A program made the position numbers and the translations under genes. Shown here piece after piece: positions 46,376 through 58,950 of a stretch of DNA of 64,000 bases (positions within the stretch are counted from its first letter, which is position 1; each line of letters starts with the position of its first letter). This DNA comes from Fonticula alba ATCC 38817 (lineage: Eukaryota; Protista; Nucleariida). The notes under the pieces are model-generated. The model was not told where the DNA came from. It saw only the letters and a program-made list of their open reading frames with translations, and searched no databases. Location of the stretch: the NCBI GenBank assembly GCA_000388065.2, contig KB932206.1; one strand, written 5' to 3'.

Positions 46376-49300
46376 GGCAGGGAGTCGGGAGTCGGGAGTC
46401 GGCAGGCGAAGGGGCGAGGGGGAGAGGGGGCGAAGGGGGGAGAAGGCGAGGGGGGGTTGGAGGGGAGGACCTGTTTGGGGGGAGGCTGGTCCGCTGCCAT
46501 GGGACAAGCAATGGTTGGGGGAGCTGGGGCACTGGGGGTCCTCAAAAGGGGCGAGAGGCTGCCCTCCTTCTGTTCCCCCCCCCCCCCCCCCCTGCCTGCC
46601 AAGCAAAGGGCTTGCGTCTGCGGATGGCTGGTTGTGTAGTGATCCCTCCGCACACCCGGGATGTTTCCCAACCGGGGGGTTTCGGGCCGGGGGAAGGCCG
46701 GTTGCGAGATGGTGGCAGCCCGCAATTTGCCACCGCTTGGAGGACCAGCCCCAAGGGTGATCGTGAGAATGGCCCGGGTGCGTCGGCACGTACAGGGAGG
46801 CTATGCAGCCGCCGAGAGACGGGCCCGGGGGCGTGGGTACATGCATCCATACACACACACACCTCAGCAAGCGGGGCACTCGGGCCGGGTACGGGATTCA
46901 TCTTTCCCTTTTAGCTCACCTCTGGCTGAGTTCAGGGTAGCTGCTAGTCAGCATTAACCGAGCGGGCGACGTTTGTAGAAAACGACAGGCGTGATCACTT
47001 CGGAATCCACCGCCCGGGCGTGATCAGTTCCTCGCTTGTGGGGCCGTCGCCCTCCGGCTTTCCGGTGTCCTCGCACTCGGGACGCGTCCGGAGGGGGCTG
47101 GTGGACCTCGCTGCGAAAGGGGGGCCACCACTTGGCCAGTCTCGGCATACGGCTGGCGCTTTTCTTTTTGCGCCTGGCCCTACGGCACCCCCCCCGCCTC
47201 CCGACTTGCGTGCGGCTTACCAGCCAAGCCCCCCGACACCGACGCATGGGCCTTGTTGGTGGGCATGGATGCGCCTGCCGCCGAGAGGTTCTCGCCAATG
47301 CAACAGACACCCGCACCGAGGAGGGCGGGGGGGGGGGGGGGGGGATAAAGGCACTCAGCAGTTTGTCGTCGGGAACTTCCCCACAATCCCACCCGGCAAG
47401 GGTCCCCCGTCTCATGTGGACACGTTCCGCCTGAATGGTTCTCGATTGCGCGGCAGCGGTGACCGCAAAGGCGGGGGGGATTTTCTGAGCCTCACGCAAG
47501 GACGAGTACCCAGCCCGGGCTTTCTAGTCCTGGCAACCCTGGGAGGCTGAGCAGTGGGCTGCTCGGTCATGGTGGCGCCATGATTGGCCATCTTGCCCCC
47601 CCCCCCNNNNNNNNNNNNNNNNNNNNNNNNNNNNNNNNNNNNNNNNNNNNNNNNNNNNNNNNNNNNNNNNNNNNNNNNNNNNNNNNNNNNNNNNNNNNNN
47701 NNNNNNNNNNNNNNNNNNNNNNNNNNNNNNNNNNNNNNNNNNNNNNNNNNNNNNNNNNNNNNNNNNNNNNNNNNNNNNNNNNNNNNNNNNNNNNNNNNNN
47801 NNNNNNNNNNNNNNNNNNNNNNNNNNGTCCGATGGCCAGTGTGGTGCCCGCTTACCAGGGGGGCACGGCTCGAAATTTGGGGCAGTCGTCGAGCCGCCAT
47901 ACCGGGGATGCCATCTGGCTGTTTTCTGTCTTCCTCGCTTTCTCTCTCTGTCTCTCTCTCTCTCTCTCTCTGTCATCACCCCTCTCGTCCTGTCTCGACA
48001 AGGCCCCCTGCCCCCCTTGGGCATTGCCTGATCTTAGGCCATATCGAACGTCAGCCTTCTCGCCGCCCGGCCTCGGGGCGGAGTGTGAATCCGAAAACGG
48101 GATGGGTGTGTTTGGTGAGAGGTGGGCGTCAAGGGGGTTCTTGCCCTCAGCAGCCCGAGAAGCGCATGCCCGGCGGTCGGGGGGGGGGGGGGGGCGGAGT
48201 GAGCGTGGCATTGTGGCACCCGGGACTATGGCAAGGAGGCAATGGACCTGATCGTGGGTCAGAAGGGCCCAACCGTGGACCTGCTGCCCTTGTGTGGTGA
48301 GAGGGGGGGGGGTCGGTCCGGGGAGGGAGGAATTAATGAGTGATGTCAGAGGCAAGTGCGGTTGGCAGGCCGAGCGGGGGAAGCGGAAAAGGGGCGAATC
48401 GCTGGCCAGCAAAAAAACAACAGCAGCAGGTGCTGCCACAGCCGCGCTAGCCACAACAGCGTTAGCAAGACAAGAGCAATAACAACAGCAGCGGCAACAA
48501 CAACAACAATAACAACTGCTGCATGCGAGATGCCCTGTGCCATGGTAGTTGACATTTGTCTGCCATGGCCAGGGAGGGTGTTCCACGGAGGAGCGGGCGG
48601 GATCGGGTGCTACAGGCAAGCGCGAGCGCTCCTGTGTCCACATCACGATATTGTGATCATCCCCGACCACCGAGCTTTTCCAGGCAGGCATCATGCTTGC
48701 AAGGAAGGGGAGAGGGGGATGAGTGTAATGGCCCGAAGATAGGACCAAGCAAGGGGGAGGGGGGGGGGGGCCTGTTCGCGGAGCAGCCGACCCTCCAAGT
48801 GCCGCGGAGGCATCGGCTGAGAGGGACCGACCCCCCTGCGAGTGTGTGAAAAGTGAATGTGTCCCGGCGCATGGGGCCGTGCGTCGACCATTGGCTACCA
48901 TCGACTGAGCGACGGAGAGGGCCCGATGTGGTTGCCGCCCCTGCCCTGGGGTGAGAGAGAGAGAGGGAAGGCAGCAAGGCAGATCGAGCGAGGTGCTGTT
49001 CTTCGCCACTCCCTCCGATCAGCCACTCTCGCCGGTCCCGTGCGAGCACTTCGGTCGCAATGCCCCTGAGTGGATCGGAGCGCATGTGTAAGAGACGTGT
49101 GCATATATCTGCGTGGGTATTGGGGAATGTAAATGTGCGTGCATACACACCGGGACTGCGAGAGGGGGGACACATGCACCTGCCCCCTCAAGAGCACATA
49201 CCCTCATGTATACCCACGATTGGGAGAAGCCGCCCTATCTTGGGGAGACTCCTCGTCACTGATGGCTCCCCGTGTGCCGGATCCCGGGAGCCCGAGTGGC

Positions 49301-51765
49301 TGGAGCTTGGTACCCCCGATCGCCGTCCCTGCGTAGGGTACTTGTGTGCACGTCCATCAAGGGATGCGCGCCTCCGGACGATATGATTGAGAGGCGCCTC
49401 GCCCGTGAGATCTGCGTTTGTTTGGGTGCCGGATGGCCCGGCACCTTTGACATCCATTCGTCTGGCTGCGTGCTGGCTTGTCCCCCCCCCCCCCTCTCGC
49501 CCACACTGTCCGAGCATATGTGCTCGGACGGGTGCCCATACACTTGTCAACGAGCCTGGCCCTTCGCCGGCTCCGGACTCCCTTCGCTCCGGGCCAGCAG
49601 CCCAGCGGCCCCCTGGTCGATCAGTCCCTTCGTGCTGCCATCGATGTTGCCTGAGTGGGCGGGGGCGGGGGGATTTTCACGCGCCCGGCATCCGGCACGC
49701 GAGGGACCTTCTCTCTCCCCTCTCGGTCTCTGGCCGACCCCAGGGTGGCAGGGACTGGCGAGAGGCAGGCGATCGAGCTGGTCTCCTCTGCGAAGCGGCT
49801 CCGCACAGGGCGGGGTCGGGAGGGGGGGGCGGGGGGGCGGGGGGGGGGGGCCTGCGGGCATGGGCCAATTGTTTCGCACGCACCCGGCCCACAATACACA
49901 TCTTGGGCCCGCCGACCCCGGCCCGTCCCCCGGCCCCCCCCCCCCCCCCTCGGCGGAGGGCCCCCTCTCGGGAGCTCGTTACCCGGGCCGGCGCGCAAGG
50001 ATCCTCTCGTACACAAGGCACACACACACACACACATGCTATCATTCGCATGCGAGGGGTATGCGGTCTGGGGCAAGGGCAATCGGGCAGGGGGGGCGTC
50101 CCCGTGGGGGGGGGGGGGGGAGGTGGGGCTCATCCGCCTGTAAGTACACAAACGCAGACACGCCTATGTCCCGGAGCGCACGATACACACAGACACACTC
50201 TCACGCATAGGCGTGGACCTCGCGCCCAGGGACGCCGATTACGCCACCATGAACACGTACCCCCGGGCACCGAGCCAATAGACCGGGCGCGGATCTCCCC
50301 CACACGTTGCCGGACAGCCTCTTTCGTGGCGCTTGTTATGTCTGGCCCCCCAGCCCCCCCCGCCCCCCGCCCCTGGCCCACTCTGCCCCAGTTCCGGCCC
50401 AGTCCAACCCCCTTCCCCCCCCCCCCCCGGTACGCCCCGGGATGCCGACCGTGTAGGTTGCTCAGGGGCCTGTTGTCTTTGGCGTTGCATGGCCGCCTGC
50501 ATCGTTGCTTGTGCGGGCGGGCGAGGCCCGCCCAAGGACACGTAGTCTCTTCGCTTGCAGCATGAGGGGGCCGATCCGGCGGGTGCCCCTATTGTGCGCT
50601 TGTGCACACGCCGGGGCTGCGCGACCCCTCGAAAAAGTGGCCATGTGAAAATTGGCATCTCAATGTGTGCCCCAACGGCTGGAACGTTCCACACCCGGGC
50701 TCTCCGCCCCCTCTCCCCCGGTGCTGCGCCAGATGTGCCCGGGGAAGGTGCGGTTCTGTGTACGCCAAAGGCCAAGATACCTCCGAGGAAGAGGCGTTAG
50801 CAGGACCTCTGCGTGCCCCCCCGCCCTGTCGATGGTGTTTTTCTCCCGGCCACTCTCTTGCTGCCTCTCTCTCTCTCTCGCTCTCTCTCTCTGTCTCCCT
50901 CTGACCCCACCCCCAGCTCGCGCGCCCTCCCTCGCACACCCGGATTCCATGCGCCACATTGCGGGAGCCCGCCTCGAAAGGCCCCGAAGCGTGCCAGATG
51001 CCCGGAGGGCGCCTGAACGAAGGGCGGGGGGGGGGGGGGGGGGGCGATGGCCAGCGGGCGGGGCACCCTTTGACCCGCCGCTCCCGATCAGACAATGCCG
51101 CGGGTTTGTCACATAAGCCCAGGGTCCGGTATTGGTGCTTCCCACCCCGCCCGTTTGGGCCCACGTTCCCCGCGCGCGCCCCCCCCCCCACCCCGTGGAG
51201 GCGTGCTGTTGATGTGCCACCCCCCACCAGGCCATTCTTTTCTTCAACATCCCCGGACGGAAGCCCGTCCACTGACTGGAGGCGGGCCCACGGCAATGAG
51301 GCTTGTCACTGGGCTCTCCGTCCACGCGCTCTGGTGTGTTGCCGCTGCGACGTGGAGAAAGCCAGGGCCGCCCCGAGGGCGGGGGGCGTTTTTCCTGGCG
51401 AGATTACACACACCGGCCACAGAGACCGCTCTCGCTGGGTCCCTCTCCCTCGGCCGGCGGCAGGGTCCGCTTTCCCGATGGCCGCAAGACACCAAGGATG
51501 TCAGGCAATCTAGCACCCCGCGGCGATCCCTGCCACTCAGGTCTCCATCTTAGCCCCCCCCCCCCGCCGGGCCAGGTGAGCCATCACTTCATGAGGCCCC
51601 GGGGCCCCGGGCCTCTCAGCCCCAGAGAAAGGTTACCATCTCTCCCCTTCCCTCCTCTCCCTCCTCCCCTCGTCGTCCTTCTTGCGCGCGCGCCTCTCTC
51701 TCTCTCTCTGCCCCGCCCCCTCTCCCCTCGTCGCTCTCCTCCTCGCCTCCCCGTCTCCATCCAAG

Positions 51766-53507
51766 ATGAGCGCCTCAAACAGTGATCCTCTCTTCCACCC
51801 GGACAAGTCCTGCACTCGTCCAGGAACCCCTTTCGCCGGCACCACACTTGTCCTGGTGCGCATTCTTCCCTCCCNNNNNNNNNNNNNNNNNNNNNNNNNN
51901 NNNNNNNNNNNNNNNNNNNNNNNNNNNNNNNNNNNNNNNNNNNNNNNNNNNNNNNNNNNNNNNNNNNNNNNNNNNNNNNNNNNNNNNNNNNNNNNNNNNN
52001 NNNNNNNNNNNNNNNNNNNNNNNNNNNNNNNNNNNNNNNNNNNNNNNNNNNNNNNNNNNNNNNNNNNNNNNNNNNNNNNNNNNNNNNNNNNNNNNNNNNN
52101 NNNNNNNNNNNNNNNNNNNNNNNNNNNNNNNNNNNNNNNNNNNNNNNNNNNNNNNNNNNNNNNNNNNNNNNNNNNNNNNNNNNNNNNNNNNNNNNNNNNN
52201 NNNNNNNNNNNNNNNNNNNNNNNNNNNNNNNNNNNNNNNNNNNNNNCTCGGCCGCCCTTCTCACCATTCCTCCCGCCGCTTCTGCCCCACAGTGTATCAG
52301 ACCTTCGACGGGTCGTGCACCATCTTGCAGCAGCGCTCCCCTGCCGTCGAAGGGTGTGATGCTCACTGGGCACGGGAGCTGTTTGACTGGATCCTTCGTG
52401 CCGGCTTCTCTGACGTCTGGCTCTTGACTGGCCTGGACTCAGCCGTGCGTGTCGACACCGACCTCCTGACGTGCGTTCGGCTCCCCCCCTCTCCATCTCC
52501 CAACGACTACTCCTCTTCCTTTTTTTCCTCTCGCTCTGTCGCGCGCGCGCTCTCTCTCTCTCTCTCCCCTCGCACACGCGCGCATCAGTCGCGCATCTTC
52601 CCGCTCTCTCCTCTGCCCGGCACCCTCTCACACCGGCTTTTCCCGTCTCCTGCCCACTCCTTCTCCTTCTTTCCCCCCCCCCCACCTGCCCTGTCCTCCT
52701 GATTTGCCGCGTCCTTGCAGCGATGCCAAGATCTATTTCAGTGCGACCCCACTCTGGATGGCCCGGATGGCCGAGAACCCGCACCTGTCTTTGCTGGCCT
52801 CCTCTTGGAAGCCGACCGGCATGCTGGTCGCCACGCCGCCGACCCCGGAGCAGCTCGACCAGGCGCGAGCCGGGGCCCTTGCCGAGGCCAGCGCCCTGTG
52901 CCAGGCCGAGAGCGCCGCTTCGGCCAGTTCTCCGGCCCCTGCCACTGTGGGGTCCCCCTCGGCCGGCAGCCATACCGGCGGGACCACGCCCACCGGCACG
53001 TCGGTCCTTTCCAAGATGCTCTCTCTGTCGGCCGCCTACAGCGGCATTTCCCCGGTCTTCTTCGGGCTCGATGCCACCGCTGGCCGGGGGCCCACCACCA
53101 GCGCCGACCGGGAGCTCCTCGAGCAAGATGCCAAGCTCCCCACTGGCAGCGGCTTCTCCCAGTACATCCTCCAGCGGGCGGCGCTGCTGTCGGCACATGC
53201 GGCTTCCTCCGGCCCCGAGGGGACCTCCTCGATCGCCAGCGACGAGGCCAAGGGGGGGGCCGCCACTTCCGTGGTGACCCCCCCGGCTGTCGTGGCCTTG
53301 GCCCGCTTCACGGCCGACGGTGACAACAAGTCTGACGCCTACATCGTGGCCACGGCCGTGCATGCGGCCCTCTTCGCCGCGCCGGACGCGGCCAAACGCA
53401 ATGTCGGCCCGGGTGGTGGCTTTGTTGAGACTTCGCTTGCCTGGCCACAGCCCTTCAGCTGGCGGCAGCTTTATGGTTCCCCCCTGCCCGATGCTCTCTT
53501 CACTTGA
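51766..53507 (+). CDS. PSMG2: Proteasome assembly chaperone 2 (PAC2); at least one exon hidden in the gap 51875-52246
   Basis: FAGTTLVL; VYQ...TILQQRSP...ELFDWILRAGFSDVWLLTG; C-terminal RFTADGDNKSDA and WPQPFSWRQLYGSPLPDALF (PSMG2 EGDN and WxxPxSWxxLFG motifs). Confidence 0.88.
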
Positions 53508-54497
53508 GTGTGTCCCAGCGTGGTGTGGGCGGTGGGCCGGCCCGTGAGAGGGGCGGAGTGGAAAAAAGAGCAATGCCCGGGGCCGGGGGAGAGCGGGGCC
53601 AGGTTATGGGGGTGATCGGGCAAATGGAGGGCCGAGGAGCGGTGTCTGAACCAGCGGGCGCCCCGTCGCGCGCTGATCCACCAACATTCCCTCCCTCTGT
53701 CGGTCTGTCCTCCTTTCGCCCCCGTTGTTCCTCCCCGTTCGCCTCTTTCTCCGTCTCCCTGTCTTCCTCCATGTCTCTGTGCTTGCCTGCCTCCCATTAT
53801 TACTCCTCAGAGCCACCAGTGAAGTGTTCTCACATCGCATGCGCGCCGGCTGTGCCGCGCGCAATTGTACACTACAAACATCCCCGAATACAAATACAAG
53901 ACGTACTGCCGAGTGTTGTCTGGCTTCGCGCGTGCTCCAGCCGTGCGAAACTGGCCGACACACTATCCCCCCTCCCACGAGAGCCATCCACCAACAACAT
54001 GCCCACCCCGCGAGATGATCAAAACCAAATAGCAGGAGGGGCCGGCAGGATGTTCCCGGGCAAAGGAGGGCGCCGATGAAATCCCAGCCCGATCGGAAAG
54101 CGCACACATATTCGCACACACGCCCGCACGCGCACGCCCGCGCCTCGCCGGATGCGCAATCGGGGCGAGCAGGGCGCCTGACACTCCCGGCAGTCCAATC
54201 ATATGATCTCACACGTGCCAGGTAGGCATATGACCTCGAGTCATGCCCACTGGTCGGCTTCCTCTCGCGGGAACCGCCGGACAGCGGGGGGGATGCTGGC
54301 GCAACAGAGCATCATCGCTGGTTCCCGAAACCCGAGGAATGAAGCTTGTGTCCAGGCATCCCCGCCTGGAGTGTCTGTGGCAGAGGTGGGAAGGGGGGGG
54401 GGGGGGGGGACCGGGCTAGGAAGGGGATGACTGTCTGGCGAAGGGAGGGGGCGCCACCTGGGACTCATCGGTGTCCCAGGGGACGGAGCAAGAGGAG

Positions 54498-54554
<57 letters not shown>

Positions 54555-54925
54555 GGCGATTTGAATGGTCCCTTCTCTTTTTGCGCGTCGGGTCTTCCCA
54601 GCTCGTGAGCGGTGATTTCCCTCAGCATCTGGTGGTCTTTCAGAGCCCAGACCAATGCCGAGGAGCTCGTAAGCGTGTGTTGATCGCACAACGTTGTCGC
54701 CCCTCCCCCCCCCCGCCCCCCGCCTCCCCTGGGCCGCGGGAATGGAGGCCACAGCCGGGAAGGCTGGGATTGTGGGACTGCGGGCCGGGGAAAGCCATAT
54801 ATCAGCCTCCCGGCTCGCGGGCTGGCGGCGCGTCCGCCCTTGGGGCACATCTCCACTTTCGGCCGACCTCTCCACACCCCCCCCCCCTCGCCCGCCCGCC
54901 TCCCTCTTCTCCACCATCCTTGACC

Positions 54926-57900
54926 ATGTCGGCCGCTGGCGACCGGTCGATATCCCCCACGGCCGGGCAGCCTTTGCTGACGGCCCTCGCGCTGTTTGCC
55001 CAGAAGGCTCTGGCTTTGGCTCCCCGGCTCATTCGAGAGTCTCCCCTCACTGCCCACCCTCGAATCCTGCTTGGGCTACTGTCCTTCGGGGCCGCCGGCT
55101 GGCTGGTGCACCTGTCTCGACAGAAGTTCATCGAGTTCCGCAACCAGCGGCACATTTCCGCCGACAAGACGGCCGAACTGACCTTCTTCCGTGCCCCCTC
55201 GGCCGACGACTCCGCGGAGCCGGGCAGTGCGGAGGCCGACGAGCGGCACAAGCAGGACCTCTTCATGGAGCCTCCCATCCAATACTCGTCCATCAATCAC
55301 AGCATGTTCGAGGTCACGGCATCGGTGCTGCAGCCGCCCATCCCCACGGGCAGTTCTGACCCCGGTGCCAGCGCCGAGATGCCTGCTTCTGACGCCGGGC
55401 CCTCCTCTGCCGGGGCCCCGCCCGATGCCCATTCCACCGACCCAAGCACGGCCACCGCCGAGCCCGACTCCTCCAGCCCGGCCAGCGGCTTCAAGCCCAT
55501 CACCGCCGAGGCCATGCTCCACAGCCGTCAGAAGCACCACTCCTCCCGGTGCACTGCGTCGCCGCTGTACTGGAATGACCACCTCTGCCGGCATGGCCTG
55601 CGCTTCGGCCCGCCGCTCGATGCGTCTGGCATCTTTTGCCGCCACGCCGAGTGCCAGATCACCTCGCTGCCGGTTCGCCTTTGGCGCAATCTCTCCCTGG
55701 CGGTGGACTGCCTGCTGACCGGTGTACCCCTGTCGGAGCACTTCTTCTCCAAGGGCCGGCCATGCCCGGATCCCAGCCACCTTGACATCTTCCGAGACGG
55801 GCCCCTCGTCCGGCGGATCAATCACCCCCTGTATGATGTGCCCCTGGACCATGAGCCCCCGATCATGACTCGCGGCCACAAAGTCCGGACCATGACGCTG
55901 GCCTCGCGCTCGGCCTACTCGCACCTCCCGATCTCGACGCCCATTGAGACGGCCAAGCTCCTGTCGGCCTTGGCTTTCGACTTGCAACTGCGCTGTGCGT
56001 CCCTCCTTTCTGCCTCTTTCATTTCGGTGGCTTTTTATTTGGGGTCTTGTTCCCTCTCCCCATTAGCGCCTAACCTCGCCTGCTCTACTCTTCGCCCTGG
56101 CCCCCCCCCCCCCTTCCGCCTTGTCTTTTCCCCTCCGCTTTGTCTCTCTCCCTCTGCTTTGTCTCTCTCCCTCTGCTTTGTCTCTCCCCCTCTGCTTTGT
56201 CTCTCCCCCTCTGCTTTGTCTCTCTCTCCTCCCTCTCCTCTCTCCCTCTCCTCTCTCCCTCTCCTCTCTCCCTCTCCTCCCTCCCTCTCCTCCCTCCCTC
56301 TCCTCCCTCCCTCTCCTCCCTCCCTCTCCTCCCTCCCTCTCCTCTCTCCCTCTCCTCCCTCTCCTCACTTTACTGGCTGCAGCCTCCATCGCGCACAGGT
56401 CAATCAGCTGCGACAATTGCAATATGTCCCCCCTGCTCGGGATCCGTTACACTTGCCTCAACTGCCCGAATTACGATCTGTGCCAACTCTGCGAGTCCAT
56501 CCAAAGCCAGGCCCTTTTTGGCATCACCAGCCAGCATTTCATCAACACTCACCTTGAGAACAACGATTCGATCACCAAGTTCGAGTTGATCCACGACCCG
56601 CAGCACATTTTCATGAAGATCAATCTGCCCGTTTCCTCGATGCTCTCCTCCTTCACCACAAACATGCCGTTGATGTATCCCCCTCGGAGCTCGCCTCCCG
56701 GCATTCCGACCGCCAAATCCTTCAGCCTGCCATTCCTGACGGCCCCGGAGCTGGCCGAGATCGCCGCCGCCGAGCCCCTGCTCACGACCATGGAAATCTC
56801 CGGGCTGTTTGTCATCTTCACCTCGGTGCTGTCCGACCCGGAAACCATGCGCATCACTCGACCAGCCTTCTACGCGGCCCTCGGGCACTATTCCGGCTTC
56901 TCCATCCTCACGGAGGATGTCCTGCAGCCGCAGCCCGCCGACGAGGACCAAGGTGCCTCCGCCCCCCCGGCCCCGGCCCCCCTCCAGCCGGATGCCCTCT
57001 TCTCGGCTTCCCTTTCGGAGGTGCTGCATGCCGAGCAGGGTGCGGTGGCCGCGCTCTCCGGTCGCCCGGCCCCCGGGACCGCTGATTCCGATTCCTCTGC
57101 CCTGGCTGACGGGCTGGAGCATGCCATCCGCCTGGCCGTCGACCAAGTGGACTCGCAGTGCTCCCAGCGCGAGCTCCCTCCCCTGACATACATTGCCGAT
57201 CGTCTGTACGATTTCTACGACTTCGATGGCGATGGCTACATTTCCTTCCAGGACTATGTTCATGCCTATGCCACCACGCATCGCGGATCCCAGTCGGCCA
57301 TTCTCCAGTGTACGTCGGCCCCCTTGGGCTCGGTGGCCTACTTTTCCCCCCTTTTCTCCCCTCCCTCCTCCCGGTGTCCTGTCACGCATGGGTGCACAGA
57401 AAAAAAAACAACCCCGAAAACACCCCATGCGTATATGGGCTTGCTGCAGTCCACAACTGACCTTCGCTTTGTGGCCCGGGCCCGGGCCGAACCATCCCCA
57501 CCACCTCCAGCCTTCTTCCGGATCGCCGACCAGGACCGTGATGGCCACATTGACAAGCACGACTTGAACCGCTTCCTGCGGGGCTGCTTCAGCCTGCTGC
57601 AGTCCACCATCTTCGACCAGCAGCGCATGTCCACCGAGGACAATGACTCGGCGGTCTGGAACTCATCCGTCATCCACCGGGACTCGGTGGTCTCGGATCA
57701 TCCCGCGGCCGATGACGTGTTCACCCTCGGCAATGACCGGGTCCCGCATGACTGGGATCGGCCCCTGTCAGCCGCTCTTTCCCTCAACAGCTCGGACCTT
57801 CAGGATGGTGTGCCCTTCAGCGACATGCAGAGCACGCCGGCGGACCAGCTGCACGCCTTCCGCACCGCCTTCTCCGAGCTCGACTCCGAGGCCATGGTCG

Positions 57901-58085
57901 ACCAGATGATTTCCCGCCACTCGGAGAAAATCTTCGCTCGTCTGCACACCAGCACCCCGGGTGTCATTACCAAGAAGGAGTTCTACGAGCAGATCATCCT
58001 CCCGCTCCAGCGCAAGGAGGACATCAGCCTGTCCGAGAGCAACCTCTACTATCTGACCTTCTTCACCGAGATGCTCTTCTTGTAA
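54926..58085 (+). CDS. Membrane-anchored ZZ-type zinc finger plus EF-hand protein, 3 exons (54926-55994, 56383-57309, 57511-58085)
   Basis: Hydrophobic ILLGLLSFGAAGWLV; HRSISCDNC...RYTCLNCPNYDLCQLCE...HDPQHIF (ZZ); EF loops DFDGDGYISFQD and DQDRDGHIDKHD. Both introns are phase 1 and restore the frame. Confidence 0.88.
56130..56370. repeat. Intronic CT-rich tandem repeats (CTCTGCTTTGTCTCTCCCC-type and CTCCTCCCTCT-type units)
   Basis: Repeated units fill intron 1 (55995-56382) of the ZZ/EF-hand gene. Confidence 0.85.
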
Positions 58086-58109
58086 GGCAGTGCTCCAAAA
58101 TACACGTCA

Positions 58110-58115
58110 AATAAA
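58110..58115 (+). promoter_or_regulatory. Candidate AATAAA polyadenylation signal of the ZZ/EF-hand gene
   Basis: AATAAA about 25 nt after the TAA stop. Confidence 0.45.
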
Positions 58116-58224
58116 AAATGCACACATACACGGTCGCCGTCCGCTGGTCGGCCTCGGGGCCATCCTTCCATCGGGGCAGACGGGAGTATGGCATTCATGT
58201 CCCGCCTGTGTTTCCCGGTTTGCT

Positions 58225-58858
58225 TGTGTGCGTGTGTGCGTGTGTGCGTGTGTGCGTGTGTGCGGGTGTGCGGGGGTGTGCGTGTGTGCGTGTGTGCGTG
58301 TGTGCGNNNNNNNNNNNNNNNNNNNNNNNNNNNNNNNNNNNNNNNNNNNNNNNNNNNNNNNNNNNNNNNNNNNNNNNNNNNNNNNNNNNNNNNNNNNNNN
58401 NNNNNNNNNNNNNNNNNNNNNNNNNNNNNNNNNNNNNNNNNNNNNNNNNNNNNNNNNNNNNNNNNNNNNNNNNNNNNNNNNNNNNNNNNNNNNNNNNNNN
58501 NNNNNNNNNNNNNNNNNNNNNNNNNNNNNNNNNNNNNNNNNNNNNNNNNNNNNNNNNNNNNNNNNNNNNNNNNNNNNNNNNNNNNNNNNNNNNNNNNNNN
58601 NNCGTGTGTCCGTGTGTCCGTGTGCGTGTGCGTGTGTGCGGGTGTGCGGGTGTGCGGGTGTGCGGGGGTGTGCGTGTGTCCGTGTGTGCGTGTGTGCGGG
58701 TGTGCGGGGGTGTGCGTGTGTCCGTGTGTCCGTGTGTCCGTGTGTCCGTGTGTCCGTGTGTCCGTGTGTCCGTGTGTCCGTGTGTCCGTGTGCGTGTGCG
58801 TGCGTGTGCGTGTGCGTGCGTGTGCGTGTGCGTGTGCGTGTGCGTGTGCGTGTGTGCA
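58225..58858. repeat. Compound GT-rich satellite, (GTGTGC)n/(GTGTCC)n/(GTGC)n, with an internal 296-N gap
   Basis: A run of GTGTCC hexamers at about 58700-58790 and GTGTGC/GTGC arrays on both sides of the gap. Confidence 0.9.
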
Positions 58859-58950
58859 TGAGAAAGAGAGAAAGTGGAGAGGGAGGGGGATCCGGGGAGC
58901 AAACGGAGCAAGAGGCGGATGGTGGGATGGCGTTGGGGGAGATGTCTGTA

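Noticed and set aside
48346-48555. Small hydrophobic membrane-peptide ORF on the minus strand
   Set aside because: The hydrophobic run derives from an (AAC/AGC)n microsatellite and has no other support.
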